From an uncultured Pseudomonadota bacterium (GTDB lineage: Bacteria > Myxococcota_A > Polyangia > Fen-1088): a DNA stretch of 64,000 bases. Position numbers and translations under genes: made by a program. The notes below the pieces were generated by a model. It worked only from the letters and a program-made list of their open reading frames with translations, ran no database searches and was not told the origin of the DNA. The stretch is taken from assembly GCA_963847705.1 (NCBI GenBank), contig CAWKBC010000032.1:64001-128000 (forward strand), read 5' to 3'. Below are positions 27,402 to 37,138 of the stretch, piece after piece. Within the stretch, counting starts at the first letter, position 1. Every line of letters starts with the position of its first letter.

Positions 27402-28994
27402 TCAGCGGACCAGGTTGCGGAGGAGCAGGCGCAGGTTCTGAAGGTCGATTGGCTTTTCGACCCGCGCGTTCGGAATGCGCTCCAGGAACTCGCGCGCGCG
27501 CGGCGTGAAGGCGCCGCCGCTCACGAACACCATCCGCGCGGCCTGATCGGGCGCCAACCTCTCGATCTCGGCGAAGAGGTCCATCCCGGTCATCTCGGGC
27601 ATCATCAGATCACAGAGGATCACCGCGTAACGGTCCCCGGCCCGCAGACGCTCGAGCGCCTTGCGCGCGTCGCCCACGCAGGTGACGTTGTAGTCCGCCG
27701 ACAGCGAGCGGCGCAGCGCCCCCAGGATCATCGGCTCGTCGTCGATGACCAGGAGCCGCCCGCCCTGCGCGGCGACCTCGGGCGTCGGCGCGTTGACCAG
27801 CTCGCTCGCCGAGTCCATCACGGCGGGCGGCAGCGTGACCCGAAAGGTGCTCCCGCGGCCGATCTCGCTTTCGACCCGCACCTCGCCACCGAGCGCGCTC
27901 AAGATGCCGCTGCAGATCCAGAGCCCGAGCCCGGTCCCTTCGCTCGCCGTCTTGGTGGTGAAGAAGGGGTCGAAGATCCGCTCGCGGATCTCGAGCGGAA
28001 TCCCCATCCCGCTGTCGCGGACCTCCACGATGGCGCGGCCGTTTCCGTCGGTCCGGGTGGTCACCCGGATCTCGTTGCGCTCCGTCTCCCCTTCCGGGAT
28101 GGCGTGCGCCGCATTGAGCAGGAGGTTCAGGAAGACCTGGCCGAGCCGCGACTCGTTCCCCTCGACCATCGGCGTGTCACCGTAATCCTTCACCAGCCGG
28201 GCGCGGTGGCGGATCTCGTTCCAGGCGATGTTGATCGACGAATCGAGCACCCGCCGGATGGCGACCGGACCGCTCTGCTCCTCGTCGCCGCGGGCGAACA
28301 CCCGCAGGTCGCGCACGATGTTGCGGACCCGCTCCGCCCCCTGGCGTGCCTCGGTGAGCGCCTCGCTGGTCTCGTCGAGCACGTGGGCCGGACCGCCGCC
28401 CGCCGCGCTCCGGGAGAGGCGCGAGGCGACGGTGGTGATCTGATGGCGGGCGAAGTCGATGTTGGCCACGATGTAGGCGAGCGGGTTGTTGATCTCGTGC
28501 GCCACCCCCGCGGCCAGCGTCCCCACCGCCGCCATCCGCCCGGCGAAGATGAGCTGGTTCTCCATCCGCTTGCGGTCGGAGAGGTCGCGGATGAAGAAGT
28601 AGTGCCCTTTGAGAATCGGACGGGTCGCGTTCGGCTCCAGCACCGGCACGATCGAGAGCTGCATCTCGAACGTCGACCCGTCGCCGCGAACCCCCTGCAC
28701 CTCACGCTCGAGCTTCTCGGCGACCGCGCGCAGATCGCTGCCCAGCGCGGCCCGGTCCTCGGCGGCGATGAGCGCCTCCCAGCTTCGACCGATCGCCTGC
28801 TCGGCGGGCATCCCCACCAGGCGGGTGAAGGCGCGGTTGACGGAGAGCACCCGCCCATCGAGGTCGATCCGGCAGATCCCCTCGGCGGCGTCCTCCAGCG
28901 CCGCGCGCAGCTCGCGCACCTGCTCCTCGAGGCGCGCCACGACCACGTCCGCAGTCCTCACCGTCGCCAAAGGACCCTCCTCCACGCGACGCAC
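27402..28994 (-). CDS. Hybrid sensor histidine kinase (PAS-HisKA-HATPase-REC)
   Basis: PAS (VNRAF..G); AHEINNPL; QVFLNLLLNA; DSGMG; FFTTK; GTGLGL; REC LVIDDE, ILCDLMMP, EKP. Confidence 0.93.
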   Translation of the reverse strand: MRRVEEGPLATVRTADVVVARLEEQVRELRAALEDAAEGICRIDLDGRVLSVNRAFTRLVGMPAEQAIGRSWEALIAAEDRAALGSDLRAVAEKLEREVQGVRGDGSTFEMQLSIVPVLEPNATRPILKGHYFFIRDLSDRKRMENQLIFAGRMAAVGTLAAGVAHEINNPLAYIVANIDFARHQITTVASRLSRSAAGGGPAHVLDETSEALTEARQGAERVRNIVRDLRVFARGDEEQSGPVAIRRVLDSSINIAWNEIRHRARLVKDYGDTPMVEGNESRLGQVFLNLLLNAAHAIPEGETERNEIRVTTRTDGNGRAIVEVRDSGMGIPLEIRERIFDPFFTTKTASEGTGLGLWICSGILSALGGEVRVESEIGRGSTFRVTLPPAVMDSASELVNAPTPEVAAQGGRLLVIDDEPMILGALRRSLSADYNVTCVGDARKALERLRAGDRYAVILCDLMMPEMTGMDLFAEIERLAPDQAARMVFVSGGAFTPRAREFLERIPNARVEKPIDLQNLRLLLRNLVR

Positions 28995-29077
28995 CGAAGC
29001 TCCCTCACGCGCTGCAGAATATCAGTCGCCAAGAAGGCAAGGGTAGTTACTTTTTTGTGGGCTCGAAAACTTGCGAG

Positions 29078-30832
29078 TTACCGTTTGAACATGCTCGAGC
29101 TCGCCTGGCGACCACCGCCACCCCAGCCGGACATCCCTCCCCGACCGCCGCCCAGGATCTCGGAGGCCCGCTGGCGAACCCGCGGATCCGGATCCCGGCG
29201 CGCCGCCTCCTTGATGAATGGCAGGGCCGGGGCGCCCAGGCTTCGCAGAAGCGCCTGCGCGCGCGGATAGGCGCGATCGCTGACGAGCGACCGAATGGCC
29301 CCCCGAATGAGGTCGCCGTCCGTCTTGAGCTCGGGATTCAAGCGAACCGCGGTCTGGCTGGCGCCCAACCCCTCCGACCACCGGCGTTGATCGAAATAGA
29401 TCGTCGCCAGCAGGTAGGGGGCGTCGGCGTCGGCCGGCTTCTCGGCGTGGAGCTGGTCGAGAAGCTCGATCGCCTTGGGGGATTGGCCATCCGCCACCAG
29501 CTGGCGCGCCTGTTCGATTCGCGGGTCCTCGATCCCCGGCGCCCGGGGAGGAGACGGGGCAACGGTCGCTGTGCCATGTGACCCCGTGGAATCCGGCCGC
29601 GCCGCTGCTGGCTCGGTCCCGGGAGACGCCGCGACGTGCGCACCGGACGTGGTGGCCACCTCGGCAGGCTCGCTGGCCTTGTGTCGCAGGCGGAGACCAA
29701 TGGAGAGAGCCACCATCACCACCAGGACAATCCCGCCGAGAAACATCCAGGCCGTGCGCCGGTCGCCGGTCGCTGGGGGGGCCGCCGCGTCGCCCGCCGG
29801 CACGCCGGCCGCCTCCGCGCCGAGCCGGCGGCGGACCGCGGAGACCGTGTCGACGGTGGTCCTGGCCGGGACCCGCGCCGCCGGTGCGCGGGCGGGGGAC
29901 GGAGACGCCGCCGGTGCAGGCGAAGGCGCCGCGACGGGGCGAGCGGCCCCCTGGGCTTCCGGCGTCGCGGCGAGCGCGGCGGCGAACTCGCCCGCCGACT
30001 GGAACCGATCCTCGGGAAGCTTGGAGAGCGCCTTGCCGAGCAGCGACTCCAGCTCTTTGGAGTATCCCGCCTCGGGCGCGACCGTGCGCAAAAGCGGCGG
30101 CGACGCATCGCGCTGCATGAAGATCAGCTCGCCGACGTTCTCCGACTGAAACGGTTTGCGGCCGGCGAAGATCTCGAACAGCAGCACGCCGACCGCGTAG
30201 AGATCGGTCCGGGCGTCGACGGCGCCGCCCCCGCCCGACTGCTCCGGCGACATGTAGCTCGGCGTGCCGACCGCCATCCCGGCGGTCATCGCCGGCCCGT
30301 CGCGCAGCTTGGCCAGCCCGAAGTCGAGGATCCGCAGGTGCTCCTCGAGACCGCCCTCGCCGCTCAGGATGAGGTTCTCCGGCTTGAGATCGCGGTGCAC
30401 GATCCCCTGCGCGTGGGCGTGCGCCAGGCCCGCCAGCAGCTGCGATGCGATCTTGAAGACGCGCGGCAGCGCGAGCGGCCCCGACAGCATCACCTCGCGC
30501 AGCGTCCGCCCGGTGACGAAGTCCATCACCAGGTAGGGCGCCCCCTCGATGCCGAAGTCGATCACCGAGACGCAGTTTGGGTGCGCGAGGCGGCTCATCG
30601 CCTTCGCCTCGTTCTCGAAGCGGGAGAGAAAGGCCTTCTGCGCGGCGATCCAGGGGTGCAGGAACTTCACCGCGACCGGCCGTCCCAGCTGGACGCGCTC
30701 CCCCTGATACACGACGCCCATCGCGCCCGACGCGATCTTGGAGAGGATCCGGTACCGACCCTGCAGCACGTGGCCCACGCGCGGGTCGGGCGGCGAAGGA
30801 GCTTCGACGTCCACCGCGGCGCAGCCTATCAC
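29078..30832 (-). CDS. Ser/Thr protein kinase with TM segment and C-terminal TPR/HEAT-like region
   Basis: IASGAMGVV, VAVK, HRDLKPEN, DFGLAK, GTPSYMSPE; TM WMFLGGIVLVVMVALSIGL. True start may be GTG 30814. Confidence 0.92.
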   Translation of the reverse strand: MIGCAAVDVEAPSPPDPRVGHVLQGRYRILSKIASGAMGVVYQGERVQLGRPVAVKFLHPWIAAQKAFLSRFENEAKAMSRLAHPNCVSVIDFGIEGAPYLVMDFVTGRTLREVMLSGPLALPRVFKIASQLLAGLAHAHAQGIVHRDLKPENLILSGEGGLEEHLRILDFGLAKLRDGPAMTAGMAVGTPSYMSPEQSGGGGAVDARTDLYAVGVLLFEIFAGRKPFQSENVGELIFMQRDASPPLLRTVAPEAGYSKELESLLGKALSKLPEDRFQSAGEFAAALAATPEAQGAARPVAAPSPAPAASPSPARAPAARVPARTTVDTVSAVRRRLGAEAAGVPAGDAAAPPATGDRRTAWMFLGGIVLVVMVALSIGLRLRHKASEPAEVATTSGAHVAASPGTEPAAARPDSTGSHGTATVAPSPPRAPGIEDPRIEQARQLVADGQSPKAIELLDQLHAEKPADADAPYLLATIYFDQRRWSEGLGASQTAVRLNPELKTDGDLIRGAIRSLVSDRAYPRAQALLRSLGAPALPFIKEAARRDPDPRVRQRASEILGGGRGGMSGWGGGGRQASSSMFKR

Positions 30833-30927
30833 GGACGCGCCAGCCCGCGGCGCGCGCTTCGAGCCCGCGCGGCGGGCGCTGCAGCCCGCCCGGCGCGCGC
30901 CTTCAAAGCCTGCGGCGACCGCTGTCC

Positions 30928-31872
30928 CTACTGCAAGAGCTCGGACTGGCCCTTGTGGAGAACGCCGTGCTTGAGCAGGAAGTCACGCACGGCGCGGTTG
31001 ACCAGCAGAACGTCGGCGCCGTCGAACTGGCCGTGGCCCCCCTTCTTGAGTGGGAAGAGCTGGTTGGCGACGCCGGCGCGATCGAGCGCCTCGTGCAGCC
31101 GTTGCGCCTGGGCGAACGGCACGACCGGATCGGCGTCGCCGTGCGCGGTGAAGATCGGCGGCGCTCCCTCGTGCACATAGGTGATGGGCGAGACCCGCTG
31201 GGCCAGCGCTGCGGGATCGGCGGCGTTGCCGATCCAGCCGACCGCAAAGTCGCGGGGGCTCGGCGCCGCCAGCAGGGCGCCGACGTCGATGACGCCGAAG
31301 AAGTTGATCACCGCCGCCACCTTGAGCGGCTCGTCGCCGGGGCAGAGGCTGTCGAAGCCGGCCGTCGCCGGCGCCAGCGCCGCCATGAGCGCCAGGTGTG
31401 CCCCCGCCGAGCTGCCGACCAGGATCAACCGGTCGACGTCGAGCCCGTACTGCTTGGCGTGCCGGATGACCCAGCGGAGCGCGCAGCGGCTGTCCTCCAC
31501 GGCCGCAGGCGCGGTGGCGACGCGCGCCAGCCGGTAGTCGACGTTCGCCACCGCGAATCCCATGGCCAGGTAGGGGAGCACGTCGAGGGCGATCTCGTCC
31601 TTGTCGCCGCTCACCCAGCCGCCCCCGTGAAACAGCAGCGCGACCGGCATCGGATCGCGCGGGCGCCGTGGCAGATAGAGATCGAGCTTCCCGTTCCAGC
31701 CACCGACCGACAGGTAGAGGAGGTTCGGCTCCACCCGGTAGTGGGTGGCGATCAGGGCCGCCGTGTCGAGCGGGCCCGAAGGGCGGACCTCGGCGCGCGC
31801 GGGCGGTCCGGCAGCGACGCCGGCGGCCAGCACGAGGGCGATGGCCACGGTCGCGTGCGGTGAGCGAATCAA
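30928..31872 (-). CDS. Secreted alpha/beta hydrolase (esterase/lipase, BD-FAE-like)
   Basis: Signal peptide; HGGGW, GSSAG nucleophile, HGDADPVVP, GGHG. Confidence 0.9.
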   Translation of the reverse strand: MIRSPHATVAIALVLAAGVAAGPPARAEVRPSGPLDTAALIATHYRVEPNLLYLSVGGWNGKLDLYLPRRPRDPMPVALLFHGGGWVSGDKDEIALDVLPYLAMGFAVANVDYRLARVATAPAAVEDSRCALRWVIRHAKQYGLDVDRLILVGSSAGAHLALMAALAPATAGFDSLCPGDEPLKVAAVINFFGVIDVGALLAAPSPRDFAVGWIGNAADPAALAQRVSPITYVHEGAPPIFTAHGDADPVVPFAQAQRLHEALDRAGVANQLFPLKKGGHGQFDGADVLLVNRAVRDFLLKHGVLHKGQSELLQ

Positions 31873-31902
31873 CGTTTCACATCTTTAGGTGATCCAAGCT
31901 GT

Positions 31903-31931
31903 TTGACAAGGGCGTCTCCCGCCCGGAAACT
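31903..31931 (+). promoter_or_regulatory. Putative sigma70-type promoter of the response regulator (probably leaderless)
   Basis: TTGACA (31903-31908), 17-nt spacer, GAAACT (31926-31931), then GTG after 6 nt with no SD. Confidence 0.4.
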
Positions 31932-31937
31932 CGCTCC

Positions 31938-32309
31938 GTGGCCGAAAAAGCACACTGCGGTGGGATTTTGGTCGTCGACGACGATCCGGATATTCGCGAC
32001 TCGCTGCGAGAGGTGCTGGAGGACGAAGGTTACGACGTCTCCTGCGTCGGCAACGGGCAGGAGGCGCTCGCGCACCTCAAGGCGGCTTCGCCGCGCCCCT
32101 GCGTGATCCTCCTCGACCTGATGATGCCGGTCATGGACGGATGGCAGTTCCGCAAGGAGCAGAAGCTGCACCCCGAGATCGCCGACATCCCGCTGGTGGT
32201 CATCACCGCGACCGGCAAGCGCCCGGTTCTGGTCGACGCCGCCGAGCTGGTGATGAAGCCGCTCGATCTGAACCGCCTGTTCGAGGCGGTCCAGCGCTAC
32301 TGCGACTGA
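31938..32309 (+). CDS. Single-domain response regulator
   Basis: ILVVDDD, ILLDLMMPVMDG, VITA, MKP. Confidence 0.92.
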   Translation: MAEKAHCGGILVVDDDPDIRDSLREVLEDEGYDVSCVGNGQEALAHLKAASPRPCVILLDLMMPVMDGWQFRKEQKLHPEIADIPLVVITATGKRPVLVDAAELVMKPLDLNRLFEAVQRYCD

Positions 32310-32366
32310 GTCGCGGAGAGCGGGTCTCTCGGAGGGCGACGACGTCGGGGGCGGCCGGCGTCTCGC

Positions 32367-32885
32367 CTACATGCCGCCGAGGAACTTCCATTCGTCGCCC
32401 TCTTTGGCGAGCAGGAAGCGATGGTAGTCGTTCACCCGGCGGTAGCGATCGCCCGCCTCGGGCGCAGCGATCTCGAACGACCCGTCGACGAACACCTCCA
32501 CCTCGGCCTCGGTCCCGGTCACGCGGATGTTGCGGTACTCGATGTCGTAGCGGAGCGACTTGACCCTCGGCAGCTGCTTCTCGAGCACCTGCTTGAGCCC
32601 GTCGTAGCCATAGTCGTCGTCGGAGCGGGGTGTCCCGGAGTCCTCGAAATACTTCGGCGAGGCGAGCGCCAGGAGCCCCACCACGTTGCGCTGCATGAGC
32701 CGCCGCCGGTACTCTTCGACGGTCTCGATGATCTTGCGGTTCTCCTCGCTACGGACGATCTCGGTGCCGGGGAAGTATTCGCGGTGCGCGCAGCCTGCCG
32801 CGAAGCTCCCGCCCAGGGCGATCGCCACCAGCGAGATCGCCATCGCCGCCGCGGGTCCAGAGCGCGTCTGCTGTCGACTGATCAT
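32367..32885 (-). CDS. NTF2-like (DUF4440-like) lipoprotein
   Basis: Lipobox AAG-C; helix then beta pattern ending ..GDEWKFLGGM. Start could be 32885 or 32843. Confidence 0.7.
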   Translation of the reverse strand: MISRQQTRSGPAAAMAISLVAIALGGSFAAGCAHREYFPGTEIVRSEENRKIIETVEEYRRRLMQRNVVGLLALASPKYFEDSGTPRSDDDYGYDGLKQVLEKQLPRVKSLRYDIEYRNIRVTGTEAEVEVFVDGSFEIAAPEAGDRYRRVNDYHRFLLAKEGDEWKFLGGM

Positions 32886-33065
32886 GAGCCCGTTGACAGG
32901 CTGCACGAAACGTTCCAGCGGTTGCCCCCGAATTGTCGGGCGTGCGATCGCTGTTTTCTGCCGCTTCGTCGCGCGATCCTGGAACGTTGTGCCAGTTTGG
33001 CAAGCGGGACATCGCCTAGCCCTTTGACCGTAACCGGGATCTGCGATAGTGACGATGTGACGACC

Positions 33066-33395
33066 ATGGGTGATGTTCCTGAGCACGCACGTGAATTTCC
33101 CCGGTTCGAGGTCAACGCTTACGTCGACTACACCGGGAACGAGGTGCTCCTCTTCCACCGCATCCAGAACATCTCGCTCGGGGGCGTCTGCATCCAGACC
33201 TCCGGCGTCGAAGAGGTCGGCACGATGGTCGACCTGGTCCTCAACTTCCCCGAGCTCGACGCCTCCATCGCCGTGACCGGCGAGGTCGTCTGGGCCAACC
33301 GCGAGCCCCCGATGGACATGGGGATCCGCTACGTCGACCTCGACGAGGAGCGCAAAGACACGCTCCGCAAGTACATCAACATGGTGAGAAAGTAG
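33066..33395 (+). CDS. Single PilZ-domain protein (c-di-GMP receptor; myxobacterial TIGR02266-like)
   Basis: RxxxR (REFPR) and NxSxxG (NISLGG); GEVVW...MGIRY. Confidence 0.88.
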   Translation: MGDVPEHAREFPRFEVNAYVDYTGNEVLLFHRIQNISLGGVCIQTSGVEEVGTMVDLVLNFPELDASIAVTGEVVWANREPPMDMGIRYVDLDEERKDTLRKYINMVRK

Positions 33396-33399
33396 ACCG

Positions 33400-34371
33400 C
33401 TAGAGAGCGAGCAATCGGTCGGCGGCGTCGAGGTGGACGCGGACGCTGGCCAGGCGGGCCAGGTAGCGCTGGAAGCGCTTGCCCGGGGCGGCGCCGGCGC
33501 CCTGCTTGAGGTGGACGTCGGTGATGCGGGTGACGGCGAAGCGGCAGGCGGCGAAGCGGAGCTCGGCGCCGAAGCCGGCCCGCTCCTCGGCGCTCGGCGG
33601 CCGTGAGGCGACGTAGGCGTCCAGCAGCGCGCGCGTGATCTCCGGGCGAAAGTCGTCGCGGCCGAAGCCGTACGCCAGCGTCGTCACCGCCAGGTCGTAG
33701 GCCAGCCGACCCCAGGAAGCCTGCTCGAAGTCGAGCAGCGCCGAGAGCGCCTCGCCCGTCGGCAAAAAGAGAACGTTGTCGACGAACAGATCGCCGTGAA
33801 TGAGGCCCATCGGCAGGGCCGGCGCGCGCTCGTTCGCCAGGCTACCGAGCTCGGCCCCGAGGATCGTCGCCGCGGGAACCAGCTCGGGGCGGGCGAGCGC
33901 CGCGATGCCCGCCAGCCGCCGGTCGATCTCCTCCGGTTCGTAGCGACCGGGGCGGCGGTCCGAAAAATCGGCGCCCGCGCGGTGGAGAGCGCCGAGCGCC
34001 GCGCCGACCGCCGTCGCGTGCGCGGGCGTCAGCTCGTCGCGGTCGAGCGTCCGGCCCGGCACCCAGGGGAAGAGCGAGACGATGTGATCCTGCCAGAGCA
34101 GGAACGGGTGACCGGTCGACGAGGTGAGCGGCGCCGGCGTGGGGACGCCGCGCGCGGCGACGTGGGCGACGATGGCCGCCTCGCGCTCCACGTCGTCCAG
34201 CGACTTGCCCTCGTTGATCCGCAGGAAGACCGCCCCACCCTCCGTCTCGACGCGGACGTTAGTGTTGATGGTGCCCACCGGGATCGGGTGGTGCATTCGG
34301 TAGCCGTCGACACCGAAGTCACGCAGGATCGCGCGGACGTCGGCCGCGCCGAGCCTCCGCCACTCAGCCAT
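33400..34371 (-). CDS. thrB: Homoserine kinase type II (APH/phosphotransferase family)
   Basis: GTINTN, IHGDLFVDNVLF, LLDFE, YDLA, LRFAACRFAVTR. Confidence 0.78.
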   Translation of the reverse strand: MAEWRRLGAADVRAILRDFGVDGYRMHHPIPVGTINTNVRVETEGGAVFLRINEGKSLDDVEREAAIVAHVAARGVPTPAPLTSSTGHPFLLWQDHIVSLFPWVPGRTLDRDELTPAHATAVGAALGALHRAGADFSDRRPGRYEPEEIDRRLAGIAALARPELVPAATILGAELGSLANERAPALPMGLIHGDLFVDNVLFLPTGEALSALLDFEQASWGRLAYDLAVTTLAYGFGRDDFRPEITRALLDAYVASRPPSAEERAGFGAELRFAACRFAVTRITDVHLKQGAGAAPGKRFQRYLARLASVRVHLDAADRLLAL

Positions 34372-35029
34372 GCGCCGGCTGCGCGACCGCGTCTTCCACC
34401 GCGCCCAGGAAGCGCGCGAAGAGCGCCTCCTCGGCGGCCAGCAGCGGCTCGAGCCGCCGCTCCCAGTCGGAGAGATGGGCGTGGAGGCCGGCGGCCATCT
34501 CGTCCAGGTGGCGGTCCTCGTCCTTGGTGATGGCCGCGACCGAGAACCCGGCCTCGTGCGCCTTCAGCATCCGGTCATAGACCGGATAGAAGACCTGCGC
34601 TCGAACTTCGACCGCCGCGCTGGTGAGGAGGTAGTTCGCCTCGGCGCGCTCGGCGGCGGGGAGATCGCCGAGCGCCTCCTCGGCGCGGTGGTCGAGCGCC
34701 TGCAGGTAGTTCTCCGCCGCCTCGCCGGCCAGCGTCGCCCCGCCGGCGAAGGTCCCGACGTCGACGCCGCTCGCCTGGCCCAGCGCCACCGCCGCCTTCT
34801 TGAGCCGCAGTGTGTGCACCGCCTCGTCGAGGATGTGCTGGATCCCGTCGAGGTCGAGCCGCTCGGCGCGCCGGCTCTTCAGGATCTTGCGGACCCCCAC
34901 GTACTCGAGCCGGGCCAGCGTGTTGACGAACCGCGCGTGGAGCCGGGGATCGGGAACGATCCGTTCGAGCAGACGCTCGGTCCGGGCGGCGTTTTGATGG
35001 GCTGCGGATGCTTCGACATACCTGCGCAT
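34364..35029 (-). CDS. Ferritin-like di-iron protein of unknown function
   Basis: E..ExxH..E..ExxH pattern: LARLE, DEAVH, AVEVRA, DEDRH; overlaps the thrB start by 8 nt. Confidence 0.65.
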   Translation of the reverse strand: MRRYVEASAAHQNAARTERLLERIVPDPRLHARFVNTLARLEYVGVRKILKSRRAERLDLDGIQHILDEAVHTLRLKKAAVALGQASGVDVGTFAGGATLAGEAAENYLQALDHRAEEALGDLPAAERAEANYLLTSAAVEVRAQVFYPVYDRMLKAHEAGFSVAAITKDEDRHLDEMAAGLHAHLSDWERRLEPLLAAEEALFARFLGAVEDAVAQPAHG

Positions 35030-35090
35030 CGACGGGCGAAGACTATGCGGACTTGACGGCGTGACGCAACCCTTGGTCTAGTCACCTCGG

Positions 35091-35792
35091 ATGGCGGCGT
35101 CGGAAGTCAATCAACTGGTGGAGAAGCACCTGTCGCTGGTGCAGGCGATCGCCCGCAAGGTGAAGAAGACGCTCAACGCGTCGATCGAGCTCGACGATCT
35201 GGTCGGCTATGGCTCGAAGGGGCTGGTGGAGGCGGCGGAGCGCTTCGACGCCCGCCACGGTGTGGCGTTCACGACCTTCGCCTACTACCGGATCCGGGGG
35301 GCGATCTACGACGGCCTGCGGGCCATGGGCTGGTACTCGCGCGCCGACTACGCCCGCTACCGCGCCGAGGAGCGCGCCAACGAGTACCTCCGCAACCGCG
35401 CCGACCGCGAGGGGGCGGGCCAGGCGCAAGCTGGAGCGGCTGCGAGCCCGACCGCTGGCGAGGCGGCCACGCTGGCCGAGGTTCACGAGATCCTGTCGAG
35501 CGTGGCCACCGTGCACATCACCTCGCTCGAGGCCGCTTCGAGCGTCCCCGACGAGAGCCTGCCGGCCGCCGACGTGGCCGTCGACAACCACCGGCTGTCG
35601 CAACGGGTGCGCCGGGCGGTCGCCGGGCTGCCAGAAAAGGAGCGGCGCCTGATGGAGCTGTACTACTTCGCCGACAAGAATCTGGAAGAGGCCGGAGCGG
35701 AGCTGGGGCTCTCCAAATCGTGGGCCTGCCGGCTCCACGCCCGGGCCGTCAATCTGCTCCGCGACGCCATGGACGACGACGACCAGGGCTAG
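35091..35792 (+). CDS. FliA/WhiG-family RNA polymerase sigma factor
   Basis: DDLVGYG..GLVEAAERFD..HGVAFTTFAYYRIRGAIYDGLR; region 4 LPEKER..LYY..LEEAGAELGLSKSWACRLH. Confidence 0.88.
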   Translation: MAASEVNQLVEKHLSLVQAIARKVKKTLNASIELDDLVGYGSKGLVEAAERFDARHGVAFTTFAYYRIRGAIYDGLRAMGWYSRADYARYRAEERANEYLRNRADREGAGQAQAGAAASPTAGEAATLAEVHEILSSVATVHITSLEAASSVPDESLPAADVAVDNHRLSQRVRRAVAGLPEKERRLMELYYFADKNLEEAGAELGLSKSWACRLHARAVNLLRDAMDDDDQG

Positions 35793-35829
35793 GGCGCAAC
35801 CGCGCGGGGCGCGCAGCCGATGACCCGCC

Positions 35830-36234
35830 ATGCGCATCGCACCCGCCCCGTCCGGAAGGCTTCCTGCCCCGCCCGCCCCGCGAACCTCGGGGGCGGGCAA
35901 GACGTTCACGGCGGTGCTCGACGAGGGCTCGGCGGTCGCTCCATCGGGACAGACGGCGGCGGCCGTCTCCAAGGCCCCCAGCTCACCACCGGCGCGAACG
36001 GCCCCAGGTCCGGCGACGACCCCGCTGCGGGCGATGCTCGAGCGAACGGTCGGCGCCGAAAAGCAGGTCGACGCGCTGCTGGAGGCGGCGGCCCGGGGCA
36101 AGACCTTCACGCCGGCGCAGCTCCTGGCCATGCAGGCGACGGTGGCCAGATACTCGCAGACCGTCGAGGTGGTCTCGCGGGTGGCCGATCGGCTGGTGGG
36201 CGCCGTCAAACAGACGATGGGGACCCAGGTCTGA
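35830..36234 (+). CDS. Putative type III secretion inner-rod (SctI-like) protein
   Basis: Disordered N-terminus; C-terminal PAQLLAMQATVARYSQTVEVVSRVADRLVGAVKQTMGTQV resembles PrgJ/YscI helices; lies directly upstream of sctJ. Confidence 0.55.
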   Translation: MRIAPAPSGRLPAPPAPRTSGAGKTFTAVLDEGSAVAPSGQTAAAVSKAPSSPPARTAPGPATTPLRAMLERTVGAEKQVDALLEAAARGKTFTPAQLLAMQATVARYSQTVEVVSRVADRLVGAVKQTMGTQV

Positions 36235-36307
36235 AGGGCATTCTGACCGCTCCCCTGGCAGGTCTTCTGGCGGGTTTCGGCATGCATTTTCATGTTATGA
36301 CGCGCCC

Positions 36308-37129
36308 ATGAAGCGGCGGGGTTTTGCGGCGAGGGGGCTGTTGGTGGCGGTCATTGCGACGGCCGCCTGCTCGACCAACATCCTGCACGGGATCGACGAG
36401 CGGTCGGCCAACGACGCCACCGCTGCGCTGGAACGGGCCGGAATCGGCGCGGAAAAGCTGCCCGACGAGGGGGCCTCCACTGGCAGCGGCGCGAGCTACA
36501 CGATCCGCGTCGCGCACGGCGACGGAACCCGCGCGGTCGATCTGCTGGCCGCGCTCGGCCTGCCGCGCGAAAAGCGCCGCGGCTTCGCCGAGACCTATGG
36601 CCAGCCGAGCCTGATCCCGACGCCGTCCGAGGAGCGCGCCCGCTACCTCGACGCCACGGCGGGCGAGATCGAGCGGACGCTCGAGACGGTCGACGGCATC
36701 GTGAGCGCGCGCGTCCACCTGGTGCTGGAGGAGAGCGACCCCCTGGCGGCCGAGGTCAAGCCCAAGAGCGCGGCGCGCGCCGCCGTCCTGCTCAAGGCGC
36801 GGCCCGGCGCCGCCCCGATCGCGGCGGCCGACGTCCAGAAGCTGGTCGCGGGGAGCGTGGCCGGCCTCGACGCGACCGCCGTCAGCGTGGTGGTCACCTC
36901 CGCTGCCGATCCCGGCGAGGCGACGGCAGCAGCGCTCGCGCCGCTCGGCCCCTTGCGACTGTCGCCCGGCACGCGGCCACTGCTGGTCGGCGCCGTGGTG
37001 GCCGCGCTGCTGGTGCTGGCCCTGCTGGCGACGCTGCTCCTCGTCACCGCCCGGCGGCTCGCCGCGCTCGAGCGCGCTGCGGCCGAAAATGATGTCGGGT
37101 TTCCTGGCCCGGCCGCGCCACAGGCATAG
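36308..37129 (+). CDS. sctJ: Type III secretion inner-membrane ring lipoprotein SctJ (YscJ/HrcJ family)
   Basis: Lipobox TAA-C; LHGIDERSAN, GLPR, SLIPTPSEERARY, DGIVSARVHLV, LVAGSVAGL; C-terminal TM. Confidence 0.88.
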   Translation: MKRRGFAARGLLVAVIATAACSTNILHGIDERSANDATAALERAGIGAEKLPDEGASTGSGASYTIRVAHGDGTRAVDLLAALGLPREKRRGFAETYGQPSLIPTPSEERARYLDATAGEIERTLETVDGIVSARVHLVLEESDPLAAEVKPKSAARAAVLLKARPGAAPIAAADVQKLVAGSVAGLDATAVSVVVTSAADPGEATAAALAPLGPLRLSPGTRPLLVGAVVAALLVLALLATLLLVTARRLAALERAAAENDVGFPGPAAPQA

Positions 37130-37138
37130 CCCCCGGCG

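Noticed and set aside
35091-35792. Flagellar gene cluster (fliA/fliF)
   Set aside because: The neighbour is a short SctJ-type lipoprotein rather than a two-TM FliF, and no flagellar genes are present.
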